Positions 31,284 through 41,682 are shown, counted from the first letter of the stretch. The stretch: DNA of 64,000 nt from Anaeromyxobacter sp. (GCA_049840735.1 JASGJN010000022.1:704001-768000), one strand, 5' to 3'. Numbers and translations: made by a program. The notes: generated by a model from the sequence alone, not told the origin.

Positions 31284-33088
31284 GGCGCGACCTCCCCCGG
31301 CCGCCAGTCGGCCTCCTCGAGCAGCTCCAGCGCGCGCTGGGCGGCCTGGAGCACCTCCTCGCCGCGCGCGGCGCCGGCGCCGTAGCGCGACAGCTCCACC
31401 GCGTCCAGCGCCGCCGAGAGCGCCCGCACCGCGGGCGGGTGCGCGCCGGCGCGGGTCAGGGCCGCGGCCAGCGCCTCGCGGGTGAGGCCGGCGGCGGGGC
31501 GGCCCAGCCGCTGGCCGGCGTAGCCGACGAGCGCGCGCTCCACCTCGGCCAGGAAGCCGTCGCGATCACCGCGCGCCAGCCGCCGGCGGGCCTGCGCCAG
31601 CCGCTGCCCGGCCGCGCGACCGGCCACGCGCGCCGCGGGGCGGAGCGCCCGGGCCCGGCCGACGGCCCAGGCCAGCAGGAAGAGCGCCGGCGGCCCGCCC
31701 AGCAGCGCGCCGAAGAGCGGCTGCTCCCAGGGCGGCGGCGCCCGGCGCGCCAGCGTCCCCCCGGAGCGGATGGGGCGCAGCCCGGCCGCCAGCGTGTTGG
31801 TGCCGGCGGCGCCGGCCGCCACGCCGGCACGGGCGGCGGTCACCTCCACCCGCAGCGGCGGGGTGCGCGCCACCTGGTAGCTGCCGCTCTTCGGGTCGAA
31901 GTAGGGCCACTCCAGCCCGGGGAGCTCCAGCGTGCCGGTCCGCTCGGGCACCAGCACCGTCTCCACCGTGCGCGAGCCGCCCAGCCGCGCGCCGCGGCGG
32001 GAGGGCTCGTCGTGCGTGGTGGGCTGGAAGGCGCGGGCGCCGTCCACCGCCGGCAGCCGGGGCAGCGCCAGGGCCGGCACGTTGCCGTCGCCGGAGGCGG
32101 TGAGCCGGACCGGCACCGGATCCCCGGCGGCGGCCAGGGCCGGCGCGGTGGCCTCGAGCTTCAGGACGCCGACGTTGACCGGGTCGAACCCGGCCGGCGC
32201 GCCCGGCGGCAGCGGCTTCACCTCGAGCGTCACCGCCGCCGTCCTGCGCGCCAGCCGGTGCAGCTCGGGGAAGGGGTCGAAGGCGGAGGTGTCGCTGACC
32301 TGGACGGTGATGCCGTCCAGCACCGCCGGCGCCAGGGTCAGCTCGCCGGCGCGGGTGGGGAAGAGGGCCAGCCGCTGCACCAGGTACGCGCGGAGGGGGA
32401 CGCCGTTCACCTCCCGCACCTCCGGCTGCAGCCGGCGCGGCGTGTCCAGCTCCTCCACCCAGAAGCCGTCGTAGCGCGGGGGCGTGAGCCGGTCGTACCC
32501 CACCACCGCCACGCCGGAGACCAGCCAGAGCGAGGCGGTGACCTGCTCGCCCATCCAGGCCTCGCGCCGGTCCAGCTGCAGCTCCAGCGTGACGTCCTTC
32601 TCCCAGCCGCGGTACGCGTAGCCGCGCGGCCCGGGCGCGGGCGCGGGCGCCGGCCCCGGGCGCGCCGGCTTGCCGCTGCCCGGCGGCCCGACCTTCACGG
32701 CGATGGGGCGGGTGGTGAACTTCTTCCCGCGCACCACGGCGCTGGCGGGCGGCACCGTCAGCGCGCCCTGGCGCGTGGGGCGCAGCGTGAGGGTGAAGAC
32801 GTAGCGCTGCTGGATGAGCACCCCGCCGCCGCCGCCCAGCGAGACCTGGGCGTCGCGCGACTGGCCCTGGCTCACCACCTGGAACTGGGTGGTGTCGCCC
32901 AGCTCGATGTGGTCGATGGGGTCGGCGCTGATCAGCACCACCTCCACCCGGAGGGTCTCGTCGATGGCCAGCTCGGTCCGGTCGGCGTGCGCCTCGAACG
33001 ACACCGGCTCCGCGCGCGCCACGCCCGGCAGCGCCCAGAGGGCCGCCGCCAGCAGCGCCGCCGCCAGCTCACCAGTCCTTGCCGACAT
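31280..33088 (-). CDS. BatD-family protein
   Basis: Signal peptide, Ig-like BatD repeats, GFWVEEL, LFPTRAG and YFDPKSGSY; position in the Bat operon. Confidence 0.85.
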   Translation of the reverse strand: MSARTGELAAALLAAALWALPGVARAEPVSFEAHADRTELAIDETLRVEVVLISADPIDHIELGDTTQFQVVSQGQSRDAQVSLGGGGGVLIQQRYVFTLTLRPTRQGALTVPPASAVVRGKKFTTRPIAVKVGPPGSGKPARPGPAPAPAPGPRGYAYRGWEKDVTLELQLDRREAWMGEQVTASLWLVSGVAVVGYDRLTPPRYDGFWVEELDTPRRLQPEVREVNGVPLRAYLVQRLALFPTRAGELTLAPAVLDGITVQVSDTSAFDPFPELHRLARRTAAVTLEVKPLPPGAPAGFDPVNVGVLKLEATAPALAAAGDPVPVRLTASGDGNVPALALPRLPAVDGARAFQPTTHDEPSRRGARLGGSRTVETVLVPERTGTLELPGLEWPYFDPKSGSYQVARTPPLRVEVTAARAGVAAGAAGTNTLAAGLRPIRSGGTLARRAPPPWEQPLFGALLGGPPALFLLAWAVGRARALRPAARVAGRAAGQRLAQARRRLARGDRDGFLAEVERALVGYAGQRLGRPAAGLTREALAAALTRAGAHPPAVRALSAALDAVELSRYGAGAARGEEVLQAAQRALELLEEADWRPGEVAP

Positions 33089-33841
33089 CCGCCCTCCGGC
33101 CGCCCTGCGGCTCGCGTCCCACCGGCGGGAGATGCCTTCTCCCTGCTGCGCAGCGCGTCCAGCAAACGCTCCGCGTCCTGCCTGGACATCGGAGCCTGGG
33201 GCGCCTGCTGCGGCTGCCCCTGCTGCGGCCGGGCCTCCTGCGGCTGCTCCGGGCCCTGCGGCCGGGGCTGCTGCTGCCGCGGGTCCTGGGCGCCCTGCCG
33301 CTCCTTCCCGCGGTCCTGGCCAGGCGGTGGCTGGCCCCGTCCCTGCTGCCGGTCCTGCGGCGGCTGCTGCTTCGGCTCCTGGCCGCCCTGCTGGCCCTGC
33401 TGCTGCGGCGCCTGCGACCTGGCCTGCTTCCGCAGCAGCACCTCGAGGTCGTAGCGGGCGTCCTCGTTGCCCGGATCGCGCTGCAGCGCCTCCACCATGG
33501 CCTTCGCCGCCCCCTCCCGGTCCCCCTCGGCGGCCAGCGAGGTGCCCAGGTTCTGCAGCGCGCGCGAGGCCAGCGCGTCCGGCGGGCGCTGCTCCAGCAC
33601 CTGGCGCCAGGCCGCCTGCGCCTCGGCCGTCTTCCCCTGCCGCTGCAGCGCGTTGGCGCGGTCGAAGGTGATCTCCCGGGTGGGCGCCGGCCTCGGCCTC
33701 GGCGGCGGCGTAGCGCTCCAGCGCCCCGGCGGCGTCGCCCGCCACCAGCTTCTCGTTCCCCTCGCGCACCCGGGGCTGCTCGGCCTGGAAGGGCGAGCTC
33801 CCGGCCAGGGCCAGGGCCAGCAGGCAGAGGCGGGCCTTCAC
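33069..33841 (-). CDS. BatC-like TPR protein with Gln-rich linker (two +1 frameshifts at ~33677 and ~33135)
   Basis: REGNEK, NLG, DARYDLE, Q-rich linker, MSRQDAERLLDAL and terminal KDW*. Confidence 0.8.
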
Positions 33842-34920
33842 GGGCGCTCCTCCCCGGCGGCCGGCGCGGGCGCCGGGCGCGCCTCGCGCAGCAGGAGCGC
33901 GCCCAGCAGGGCCAGCAGCGCCGGGAAGGCGGCCAGCGCGTAGCGGTCCTCCCAGGCGGTGGTCACGCGCCCCTCCAGCTCGGTCTTCTCCATCCGGTCC
34001 AGCTCGGCGCGGAAGGCCGAGAGCCCGCGCGCGGAGAGCGTGTAGACGGCGCCGCCGCCGCGGGTGGTGAGCGCGGTGAGCGCGGGGAGGTCGAGCCGCG
34101 TCACCACCGGCTGGCCGGCCTGGTCCTGGCGATAGCCGGCCACCTGGCCCCGCCCGTCCAGCAGCGGCACCGGGGCGCCCTCCGGCGTGCCGATGGCCAG
34201 CGCGTGGACGCGGATCCCGGCGTCGGCCAGCGCCTGGGCCGCGGCCTCGGCGCCGCCCTCCTGGTCCTCGCCGTCGCTCACCACCAGCACCGCGCGCGAG
34301 CGGGCGCCGCGCTCGGCGCGGGCCAGCAGCTCGCCGGACGCCCGCAGCGCCTCGGCCAGCGCCGTCCCCTGCTGCGGGAAGGCCTCCGGGGTGAGGCCGC
34401 GCAGGAAGAGCCGGGCCGCAGCGGCGTCGCTGGTGAGCGGGCAGGCCACCTGCGCCGTGGCCGCGAAGGCCACCACGCCCACCCGGTCGCCGGCCAGCTG
34501 GTCCAGGAAGGCGCCCACCTCCAGCTGGCCGCGGGTGAAGCGGTCCGGGGCCACGTCGCGGGCGCGCATGGAGCGCGAGGCGTCCAGCACCAGCACCACG
34601 TCCACGCCCTCGCGGTGGACCACCTCGGTGCGCTGGCCGCACTGCGGGCGGGAGAGGGCCAGCGCCAGCAGGACCAGCCCCAGCGTGGAGAGCCCCAGCC
34701 GCGCCGCGGGACGGGCCGCGCCGGCGGTGGGGGCCACCCGCGCCCCCAGCGCGCCGGCGGCCCGGACCAGCGCGCGCCGCCGCCGGGCGACGGCCCAGCC
34801 GCCCAGCAGCGCCACGGCCAGCGCGGCAAGGAGCAGCCAGAGCCGGTCGGGGTCGGCCAGCCGCGCCGGCGCGCCCAGGATCTCGAACTGCAGCGCGGGG
34901 CTGGGGAGCGCGGGGTTCAC
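33838..34920 (-). CDS. BatB-like vWA domain protein
   Basis: ALSRPQ, LDASRSM (MIDAS), DRVGVVAFA, PLTSD and SDGED. Confidence 0.9.
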   Translation of the reverse strand: MNPALPSPALQFEILGAPARLADPDRLWLLLAALAVALLGGWAVARRRRALVRAAGALGARVAPTAGAARPAARLGLSTLGLVLLALALSRPQCGQRTEVVHREGVDVVLVLDASRSMRARDVAPDRFTRGQLEVGAFLDQLAGDRVGVVAFAATAQVACPLTSDAAAARLFLRGLTPEAFPQQGTALAEALRASGELLARAERGARSRAVLVVSDGEDQEGGAEAAAQALADAGIRVHALAIGTPEGAPVPLLDGRGQVAGYRQDQAGQPVVTRLDLPALTALTTRGGGAVYTLSARGLSAFRAELDRMEKTELEGRVTTAWEDRYALAAFPALLALLGALLLREARPAPAPAAGEERP

Positions 34921-35930
34921 GGGAAGGACCTCCAGCGCGTGGCGCCCAGCACCAGCCCCGCCGCCGCCAGCCAGAAGGCGGGCAGGAGCAGGTCCGGGAA
35001 CCGCTCGCGCACGCGGCGGGCCCCGCCCGCCTCGAAGAGCCGGCTCTTCTCCATGCGGTCCAGCACGTCCTGGAGGCCCCCCTCCAGCGTGGCCCGGTCG
35101 GTGGCGTTGGTGTAGGCGCCGCCGGTGGTGCGGGCGATTTCCTTCAGCAGGTCCGGGTTCACCGGGAACTCTCGGTCTTCGTAGAGCTCCTTGCCGAACA
35201 GGTCGCGGCCCACCGGGTAGGGGACCACGCCGCCCTTGCCCACCAGGATGGGGAAGACGCGGATGCCCAGGGCGTGCGCCATCTCGGCGGCGGCGCTGGG
35301 CGAGACCTGTCCGGCGTTGTTGTCACCGTCGGTGAGGAGCACCACCGCCTTGGAGCGGGCGTCGGAGTCGCGCAGCCGGTTGACCGCGGTGGCCAGCGCG
35401 TTGCCGATGGCGGTCCCGTCCTCGATCAGGCCGAAGCGCAGCCCGTCCACCAGCTGGCGCAGGATGGCGTGGTCGAGCGTGAGCGGCGCCTGGGTGTAGG
35501 CGTCGCCGGCGAAGACCACCAGGCCGATCCGGTCCGAGCCGCGCCGACCCACGAAGTCCTTCAGCACCTCCTTGGCCACGTGCAGCCGGTTCTGCGGCCG
35601 GAAGTCGGCGGCGGCCATGGAGGTGGAGAGGTCGAGGCAGATGACGATGTCGATCCCCTCGACCGAGGCGGCCTCGGCCTGCCGCTCGCGCCCCTGCGGC
35701 CGGGCCAGCGCCACCGCCAGCAGCGCCAGCGCGGCCACGATCAGCGCCTGCGGCAGCCACCAGAGCCGCGCCGCCCAGCCGCGCCCGGCGCGGGCCAGCG
35801 CGGCGGCGCGCGGGTGGCGCAGCGCCGGCGCGCGGCGACGCTCGCGCCGGAGCGCCCAGAGGGCCAGCGGCACGGCCAAGAGCAGCAGCAGGGCCCAGGG
35901 GCGGGCCAGCGCCATCCCCGCCCAGCTCAC
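34917..35930 (-). CDS. BatA-like vWA domain protein
   Basis: ALARPQ, LDLSTSM, DRIGLVVF, PLTLD, GTAIG and LLTDGDNN. Confidence 0.92.
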   Translation of the reverse strand: MSWAGMALARPWALLLLLAVPLALWALRRERRRAPALRHPRAAALARAGRGWAARLWWLPQALIVAALALLAVALARPQGRERQAEAASVEGIDIVICLDLSTSMAAADFRPQNRLHVAKEVLKDFVGRRGSDRIGLVVFAGDAYTQAPLTLDHAILRQLVDGLRFGLIEDGTAIGNALATAVNRLRDSDARSKAVVLLTDGDNNAGQVSPSAAAEMAHALGIRVFPILVGKGGVVPYPVGRDLFGKELYEDREFPVNPDLLKEIARTTGGAYTNATDRATLEGGLQDVLDRMEKSRLFEAGGARRVRERFPDLLLPAFWLAAAGLVLGATRWRSFP

Positions 35931-36856
35931 TGCGCCTCCTGCGCCGCGGCCGGGCGGGTCGCCGCCAAGAGCCGGCGCGCGTAGGCGGTGCCGGCCGCGC
36001 AGCCCGCGGCGGTGGGCTGCGCGCGGGCGAACTTCACCAGGTCGGCCTCGGCCAGGAAGCCCTCCAGCGCCTCCAGCTCCAGCCGCGGGTCGGGGGCGGC
36101 GCGCAGCCCGGCCAGGAGCTCGCCGCTGGTCAGGTCCAGCGCCGGCAGGCGGGTGAGCGAGCCCAGGTACTCGCGGACCAGCTCGCTCAGGCGGGCCACG
36201 TGCTCCTCGCCGCGCCCCTGCTCCGGCAGCCGCTCCCCCTCCAGCGCGTCCAGCCGGCGCGCGAACCGCACGTGCGGCGGCAGGGGCGGCGCCGCCTTCC
36301 TGGGCCGGTGGCGGAGCCGCAGCAGCGCGCGGACCAGCAGCGCCAGCGCGGCCAGGCCGCCCAGGATCCCCAGCGTCCACCAGAGCAGCCGCAGGCTGCG
36401 CACCATCAGCGGCACCGGCGGCGCCGGGTCCCGCAGCGCAAGCTCCTCGGTCGGGACGGTCGGGTCGATGAGCCCCACGCCGGTGACCGGCGGCCCGGCC
36501 AGCGTGAGCACCGCCGGGCCCCGGGGCGTCTGGACCGGCAGCGAGAGCGTGGGGAGCTGCTGCTCGCCCAGCGCGTAGAGCGCCAGCGGGACCGTGCAGG
36601 TGGTGACCACCTCGGCCGGCGCCCGCCCGGCGCGGCTGCAGCGCCCCTGCCCCGCGGCGCGGAACGGCTCCGCCGCCAGGTGCTCGGGCAGGAGGTAGGT
36701 CTCGTCCGGCGCGTGGCGGATCTCGACGGCGAGCGTGAAGGGCTCGCCCAGCTTCACCTCGCCCCTGGAGAGCTCGGCCCGCACGTCCAGCGGGCGCGCC
36801 TCGGGCAGGGCCGGGTCGGCCGCCAGCAGCCCGGCCAGCGCCAGCGCCGCGATCAC
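35927..36856 (-). CDS. Bat-operon membrane-anchored hypothetical protein (DUF4381/BatD-like)
   Basis: Signal peptide, TM segment, LVREYL and ADLVKFAR; GTGA overlaps on both sides. Confidence 0.8.
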   Translation of the reverse strand: MIAALALAGLLAADPALPEARPLDVRAELSRGEVKLGEPFTLAVEIRHAPDETYLLPEHLAAEPFRAAGQGRCSRAGRAPAEVVTTCTVPLALYALGEQQLPTLSLPVQTPRGPAVLTLAGPPVTGVGLIDPTVPTEELALRDPAPPVPLMVRSLRLLWWTLGILGGLAALALLVRALLRLRHRPRKAAPPLPPHVRFARRLDALEGERLPEQGRGEEHVARLSELVREYLGSLTRLPALDLTSGELLAGLRAAPDPRLELEALEGFLAEADLVKFARAQPTAAGCAAGTAYARRLLAATRPAAAQEAQ

Positions 36857-37791
36857 GCCAGCCTCCGCGCCCGGGCCCGGAAGAAGGCCAGGAGCGGCGT
36901 GACGTAGTCGGCGTCGTCGGCGTGGACCAGCACCGGGTCCAGCTCCAGCCTGGCGAAGAGCCGGCGCAGCGCCTCCTCCTGGCCGCGCACCGCCGCGGTC
37001 AGGCGGGCCCGGACGCGCCTGTCGGAGAAGTCCACCCGGACCACCTGGCCGCTCTCCGGGTCCTCCACCCAGGCCAGCCCGGCCGGCGGCAGCTCGGCCT
37101 CGAGCCGGTCGGACAGCCGGATGGGGACCAGGTCGTGCCTGCGCGAGGCGATGCGCAGCGCCCGCTCGAAGGGGAGCGCCTCGCCGGCGGCCCCGGCCGC
37201 GCCAGGCCCGGCGGCCTCGATGAAGTCGGAGAGCAGGAAGGCCACCGTGCGGCGGCGCATGGTGCGGCGCAGGTACTCCAGCGCCGCGCCCACCGAGGTG
37301 CCGCGGCCCTCCGGCTGGACCTGGAGCAGCTCGGAGACCAGCCGCAGCGCGTGGCGCCGCCCCTTGCGCGGCGGCACGAACCGCTCCACGCGGTCGGAGA
37401 AGAGCACCAGGCCGATCCGGTCGCCGTTGGCCACGGCGCTGAAGGCCAGCAGCGCCAGCAGCTCGGCCGCCACCTCGGCCTTGGTGCGGCGGGCGGAGCC
37501 GAAGTCGGTGGAGGCGGAGACGTCGCACAGCACCATCACCGTCAGCTCGCGCTCCTCCACGAACCGCTTCACGTGGAGCTGGCCGGTGCGGGCGGTGACG
37601 TTCCAGTCGATGGATCGGACCTCGTCGCCGGGGGCGTAGGGGCGCACCTCGGAGAAGGACATGCCCCGGCCCTTGAAGACCGAGTGGTACTGGCCGGAGA
37701 GCGTGTCCTCGACCGCCTTGCGCGTGGCGATCTCGATCCGGCGGACCCGCCTCAGCAGCTCCGAGGCCGAGGGGTGGCGCGACCCGGTCAC
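36853..37791 (-). CDS. DUF58 domain protein
   Basis: GQYHSVFKGRGMSFSEVRPY.PGDEVRSIDWNVTAR, DVSAS and LLSDF. Confidence 0.95.
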   Translation of the reverse strand: MTGSRHPSASELLRRVRRIEIATRKAVEDTLSGQYHSVFKGRGMSFSEVRPYAPGDEVRSIDWNVTARTGQLHVKRFVEERELTVMVLCDVSASTDFGSARRTKAEVAAELLALLAFSAVANGDRIGLVLFSDRVERFVPPRKGRRHALRLVSELLQVQPEGRGTSVGAALEYLRRTMRRRTVAFLLSDFIEAAGPGAAGAAGEALPFERALRIASRRHDLVPIRLSDRLEAELPPAGLAWVEDPESGQVVRVDFSDRRVRARLTAAVRGQEEALRRLFARLELDPVLVHADDADYVTPLLAFFRARARRLA

Positions 37792-38787
37792 GGCACCTCG
37801 ACCCGCTCGAGCACCCTGGAGACCACCTTCTCCGGCGTGACCTCCTCCGCCTCCGCCTCGTAGGTGAGCGTGATGCGGTGGCGGAGCACGTCGTAGGCCA
37901 CCGCCTTCACGTCCTCGGGGGTGACGAAGGCGCGCCGGCGCAGGAAGGCGTGGGCCCGGGCCGCCAGCGCCAGGAAGAGCGTGGCGCGCGGCGAGGCGCC
38001 GTACTCCACCAGGCCGGCCAGCTCGGCCAGGCCGTGGCCGCGCGGGTCGCGGGTGGCGAAGACCAGGTTGACCACGTACTCCTTCACGCGGTCGTCCATG
38101 TAGACGCGCAGCACCGTGTCGCGCGCGGCGGTGAGCTGGGCCGGGGTGACCACGCTGGCCGCCCGGGGAGGCGAGGGCACCAGCATGCGGTCCATGATGG
38201 CCCGCTCCTCCTCGCGCGTGGGATAGCCGACCTTCACCTTCAGCATGAAGCGGTCCACCTGCGCCTCGGGCAGCGGGTAGGTCCCCTCCTGCTCGATGGG
38301 GTTCTGCGTGGCCAGCACGATGAACGGGTCGGGCAGCTTGAAGGTCTGGTCGCCCAGCGTGACCTGCCGCTCCTGCATGGCCTCCAGCAGCGCCGACTGC
38401 ACCTTGGCCGGCGCGCGGTTGATCTCGTCCGCCAGGACCACGTTGGCGAAGATGGGCCCCTGGCGCGCCGAGAAGGTCTGGCTGCGCGGGTCGTAGACCT
38501 GGGTGCCCACCACGTCGGCCGGCAGGAGGTCGGGGGTGAACTGCACGCGGCTGAAGGCGCAGGCCACGCCGTCGGCGATGGTCTTCACGGCCAGCGTCTT
38601 GGCCAGGCCGGGCACGCCCTCCAGCAGCACGTGGCCGCCGGTGAGCAGGCCGATCAGCGCCCGCTCCACCATGTAGCGTTGCCCCACCACCACCTTGCCG
38701 GTTCTCGGCCAGCAGCGCGTCCACGAAGGCGGCGCGCTCCTGCACCTCCGCCTGCACGGCCTGGATGTCGGCCCGGATGTCGGTCAT
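37788..38787 (-). CDS. moxR: MoxR-family AAA+ ATPase (extra A at ~38703)
   Basis: LEGVPGLAKT, FTPDLLPAD, ADEINRAP, ATQNPIEQEGTYPLPEAQVDRF and GASPR. Confidence 0.95.
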
Positions 38788-38883
38788 GCGGCCTCCCGGC
38801 GGAACAACAGCGAAGCCGGGAACTTACTCCCGGTTCCCGCCGCCGAACAACACGGAGGCGCGGGCCGGCCGGGCGTGACCGGG

Positions 38884-39150
38884 TCAGCGCCGCCGGGCCG
38901 GCGGTCCGCCGCGCGGCTGGGGGCGCCCCGGCGTGACCAGCAGCAGCGGCAGCCCCACCACCACCGCCAGCACCAGCAGCTCGCCCCAGCCGATGCGGCG
39001 CGCCAGGAGCCCCAGCGCCGCCAGGAGCCCCACCGTGAAGACCAGCAGCCGCCGCTCGCGCCAGCGGCCGGTGCGGAGGAACCAGGCCACCGTCACCAGG
39101 GTGAGCGCGGTGAGGACGAGGACCAGGAGCTGGAGGCGGCCGGGGTACAT
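38884..39150 (-). CDS. Small hypothetical membrane protein
   Basis: Three hydrophobic segments; coding-like codon bias. Confidence 0.65.
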   Translation of the reverse strand: MYPGRLQLLVLVLTALTLVTVAWFLRTGRWRERRLLVFTVGLLAALGLLARRIGWGELLVLAVVVGLPLLLVTPGRPQPRGGPPARRR

Positions 39151-39228
39151 GCGCGGCGGATGACAGCACGCCGGGGGGCGCGGCCGCAACGGCGCGGGGC
39201 GGACCCAGCGCTGGCGTGGGGCTCCGGC

Positions 39229-40071
39229 TTAGTGCCCGTGCCCGTGCAGCGCGGCGCCCAGCGCCCACATCGCCAGCAGGCCGGCGAACACCGACAGGAT
39301 CAGGCCCCAGCGGGCGCCGTTGCGGCGGTGGACGTCGGGGAGGATGTCGGAGAGCGCCAGGTGCAGGAAGGTGCCGGCGCTGGCGGCCAGGGCGTAGGAG
39401 GTGAAGGTCTCGACGTGCACCACCTCGCGCAGGAGCAGGTAGAGCCCGGCGCCGGCCGGCACCATCAGCGCGAAGGCGGCGTTCATGGCCAGCGCCCTGG
39501 GGCGCGAGTAGCCCTCGGCGCGCAGGATGGCGGAGAGCGAGAAGGCGTTGGGGACCTTGTGGGCCAGGATGGCCAGGAAGACCAGCAGCCCCAGCCCCGG
39601 CTGCACCGTGGCGGCGCCCAGCGCGAAGCCGTCCACCACCGTGTGCAGGCTCATGCCCACGAAGGCGGCCAGCCCCATGGTGTGGACCTCGCAGCCGGTG
39701 CCGTCGCCGCTGACCGGCGGGTGCGGGTGGAGGTGCACCTCGTGGTGCGGGTGCGGGTGGGCGGCCACGCCCTCCGGGCTGTCGGCCGCCACGTGCAGGC
39801 CGGGCTCGGCGCAGGCGTGGACCAGCACGAACCGCTCCAGCACGAAGAGCACCAGGAACCCCACCAGCACGAAGGGCAGGGCGCGCACGCCGCCCTCCTC
39901 CACCGCCTCGGGGAGGATGTGGAAGAAGGCCGCCCCCAGCATCACGCCGGCCGAGAAGGAGAGCAGCAGGTCGGAGCGGGTGAGCCGGCCCAGCAGCGGG
40001 AGGGAGCCGCCCGCCAGCGCGCCGGCGAGGATGGCCAGGGTGTAGAGGGCGAGCGAGTGGAGCTGGGTCAT
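39229..40071 (-). CDS. ZIP-family divalent metal transporter
   Basis: FSAGVML...HILPEA, His-rich loop, LHTVVDG, AHKVP and SDILP. Confidence 0.93.
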   Translation of the reverse strand: MTQLHSLALYTLAILAGALAGGSLPLLGRLTRSDLLLSFSAGVMLGAAFFHILPEAVEEGGVRALPFVLVGFLVLFVLERFVLVHACAEPGLHVAADSPEGVAAHPHPHHEVHLHPHPPVSGDGTGCEVHTMGLAAFVGMSLHTVVDGFALGAATVQPGLGLLVFLAILAHKVPNAFSLSAILRAEGYSRPRALAMNAAFALMVPAGAGLYLLLREVVHVETFTSYALAASAGTFLHLALSDILPDVHRRNGARWGLILSVFAGLLAMWALGAALHGHGH

Positions 40072-40166
40072 GTGTCTTCCAGGCCCAGCGCGCGCAGGCG
40101 CCGGGCGAGCGTGCCGCGGTCGATGCCGAGGGCGAGGGGAGCCTCCTCGAGGAGCAGCGCCTTCAC
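40068..40166 (-). CDS. Putative 32-aa Fis-like helix-turn-helix micro-protein (or remnant)
   Basis: GGAGGA 9 nt before GTG; MKALLLEEAPLALGIDRGTLARRLRALGLEDT*; ATGA overlap with the ZIP start. Confidence 0.55.
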   Translation of the reverse strand: MKALLLEEAPLALGIDRGTLARRLRALGLEDT

Positions 40167-40225
40167 CTTGTCCCGTCCTCCGGGCCGCGCGCCGGGCCCG
40201 CAGGCCCGATCCCGCGCGGCCGGGC

Positions 40226-41275
40226 CTACTCGCCCTCGCCGTCGGCGTGGAAGCCCGGGTCGAGGTCGAAGCTCTCGCTCCCGGGCGGGAAGTGGTGATC
40301 GATCACGGTCGCCACGTCCGCTGCGGTCTGCAGCCTGTCGGCGTCCCGCCTGAAGCTGACGCCGCCGCGCCGGCCGCGGGTGTACCACAGCAGGTGCTTT
40401 CGGAGCTCGCGGATCGCCGAGCGCTCGATCTCGTCGGGCGTCTCGCCGCCCCGCGACATCCGGCCCCGGTGCTCGATCTGCCGCGCCACGTGCTCCAGCA
40501 CCACCGCGCGCCACTCGTCGCGGGTGGGCGGCGGGGGCGGCGGCCGGCCCGCCTCGGCGGCGGACAGCTCCCGGAAGATCCACGGGTTGCCGCAGGCGCC
40601 GCGGGCCACCAGCACCGCGTCGCAGCCGGTCTCCGCGCGCATGCGGAGCGCGTCGGCGGCGGTCCAGACGTCGCCCGACCCGAGCACCGGGATGGAGACG
40701 GCCCGCTTCACCGCCGCCACCAGCTCCCAGCGCGCCTTGCCGGAGTACATCTGGTTGCGGGTCCGGCCGTGCAGCGCCACCGCCGACGCGCCGCCGGCCT
40801 CGGCCGCGCGCGCCACGTCCACGCAGTTCACCTCGGCGTCGTCCCAGCCGGCGCGGATCTTGATGGTGACCGGCACCTTCACGGCCGCAGCCACCTGCCG
40901 CACCGCCGCCTCGACCCTGGCCGGCTCGCGCCCCAGCGCCGCCCCGGCGCCGGTGCCGCAGACCTTCTTCACCGGGCAGGCCATGTTGATGTCGATGATG
41001 CCGGCCCCGGCCTCGACCGCGATGACCGCGCCGCGCGCCAGCACGTCCGGCTCGGCGGCGAAGATCTGGACCGCGAAGGGGTCCTCGTCCGGCTCCCGAT
41101 CGAGGTAGCTCTGCGTCTGCACCCCGCCGTGGACCAGCCCGTGGGCGGAGACCATCTCGGTGTACGCGAAGCTCGCCCCCATCCGGCGGCAGATGGTGCG
41201 GAAGGGGCGATCCGAGACGCCGGCGAGGGGCGCCAGGAAGAAGCGTCCGGGAAACTGGTGGGGACCGATCTGCAT
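40226..41275 (-). CDS. dusB: tRNA-dihydrouridine synthase B
   Basis: LAPLAGVSD, YTEMVS, IDINMACP, KIRAGW, LHGRTR and GNPWIF. Confidence 0.95.
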   Translation of the reverse strand: MQIGPHQFPGRFFLAPLAGVSDRPFRTICRRMGASFAYTEMVSAHGLVHGGVQTQSYLDREPDEDPFAVQIFAAEPDVLARGAVIAVEAGAGIIDINMACPVKKVCGTGAGAALGREPARVEAAVRQVAAAVKVPVTIKIRAGWDDAEVNCVDVARAAEAGGASAVALHGRTRNQMYSGKARWELVAAVKRAVSIPVLGSGDVWTAADALRMRAETGCDAVLVARGACGNPWIFRELSAAEAGRPPPPPPTRDEWRAVVLEHVARQIEHRGRMSRGGETPDEIERSAIRELRKHLLWYTRGRRGGVSFRRDADRLQTAADVATVIDHHFPPGSESFDLDPGFHADGEGE

Positions 41276-41682
41276 GGGGTCGAGGGGCGCGGGGTGTAGC
41301 ACGGGGTGGGTTCGTTCGAAACCGAGGAATTCGGGCCGTGCCCGGCGGTTTCGAGAGCTAAGGGGCAGCCCCGACGAGCGCAAACCTTTACGCCCCGCGG
41401 AGCGTCGTTGAAGCTGGTGAGCCGTAAGCGGGGCCTGCCTCTGCGCGGGGGATCGTGCACAGGGTCGCCACGTCGGGCGAGGCGCCCGGCCGCCTGCGGC
41501 GACGCGCCTCTCCGTCCTCAGCGGCAGGGCAGGTCGGGGCGTCCCACAGGCGCGCCCCGTGTGACCAACCGGATCGTCGATTTCCCCCGGGTGGTGGATT
41601 TGGAAATGGCCTGTAGGGCCGGTACCATGCAGCAGTCCCACGCGTGCGGCCGCCCGGTCGCACGCGCTGCAGCCGAGGAACG

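Noticed and set aside
30549..38787. MoxR-DUF58-vWA-TPR operon as a novel system
   Set aside because: Matches the well-known Bat/MoxR operon architecture.
41290..41440. c-di-GMP-I or c-di-AMP riboswitch upstream of the lytic transglycosylase
   Set aside because: Only isolated words (GCAAACC, GCTAA, CGTAAGCG) resemble the consensus; order and stems do not fit.
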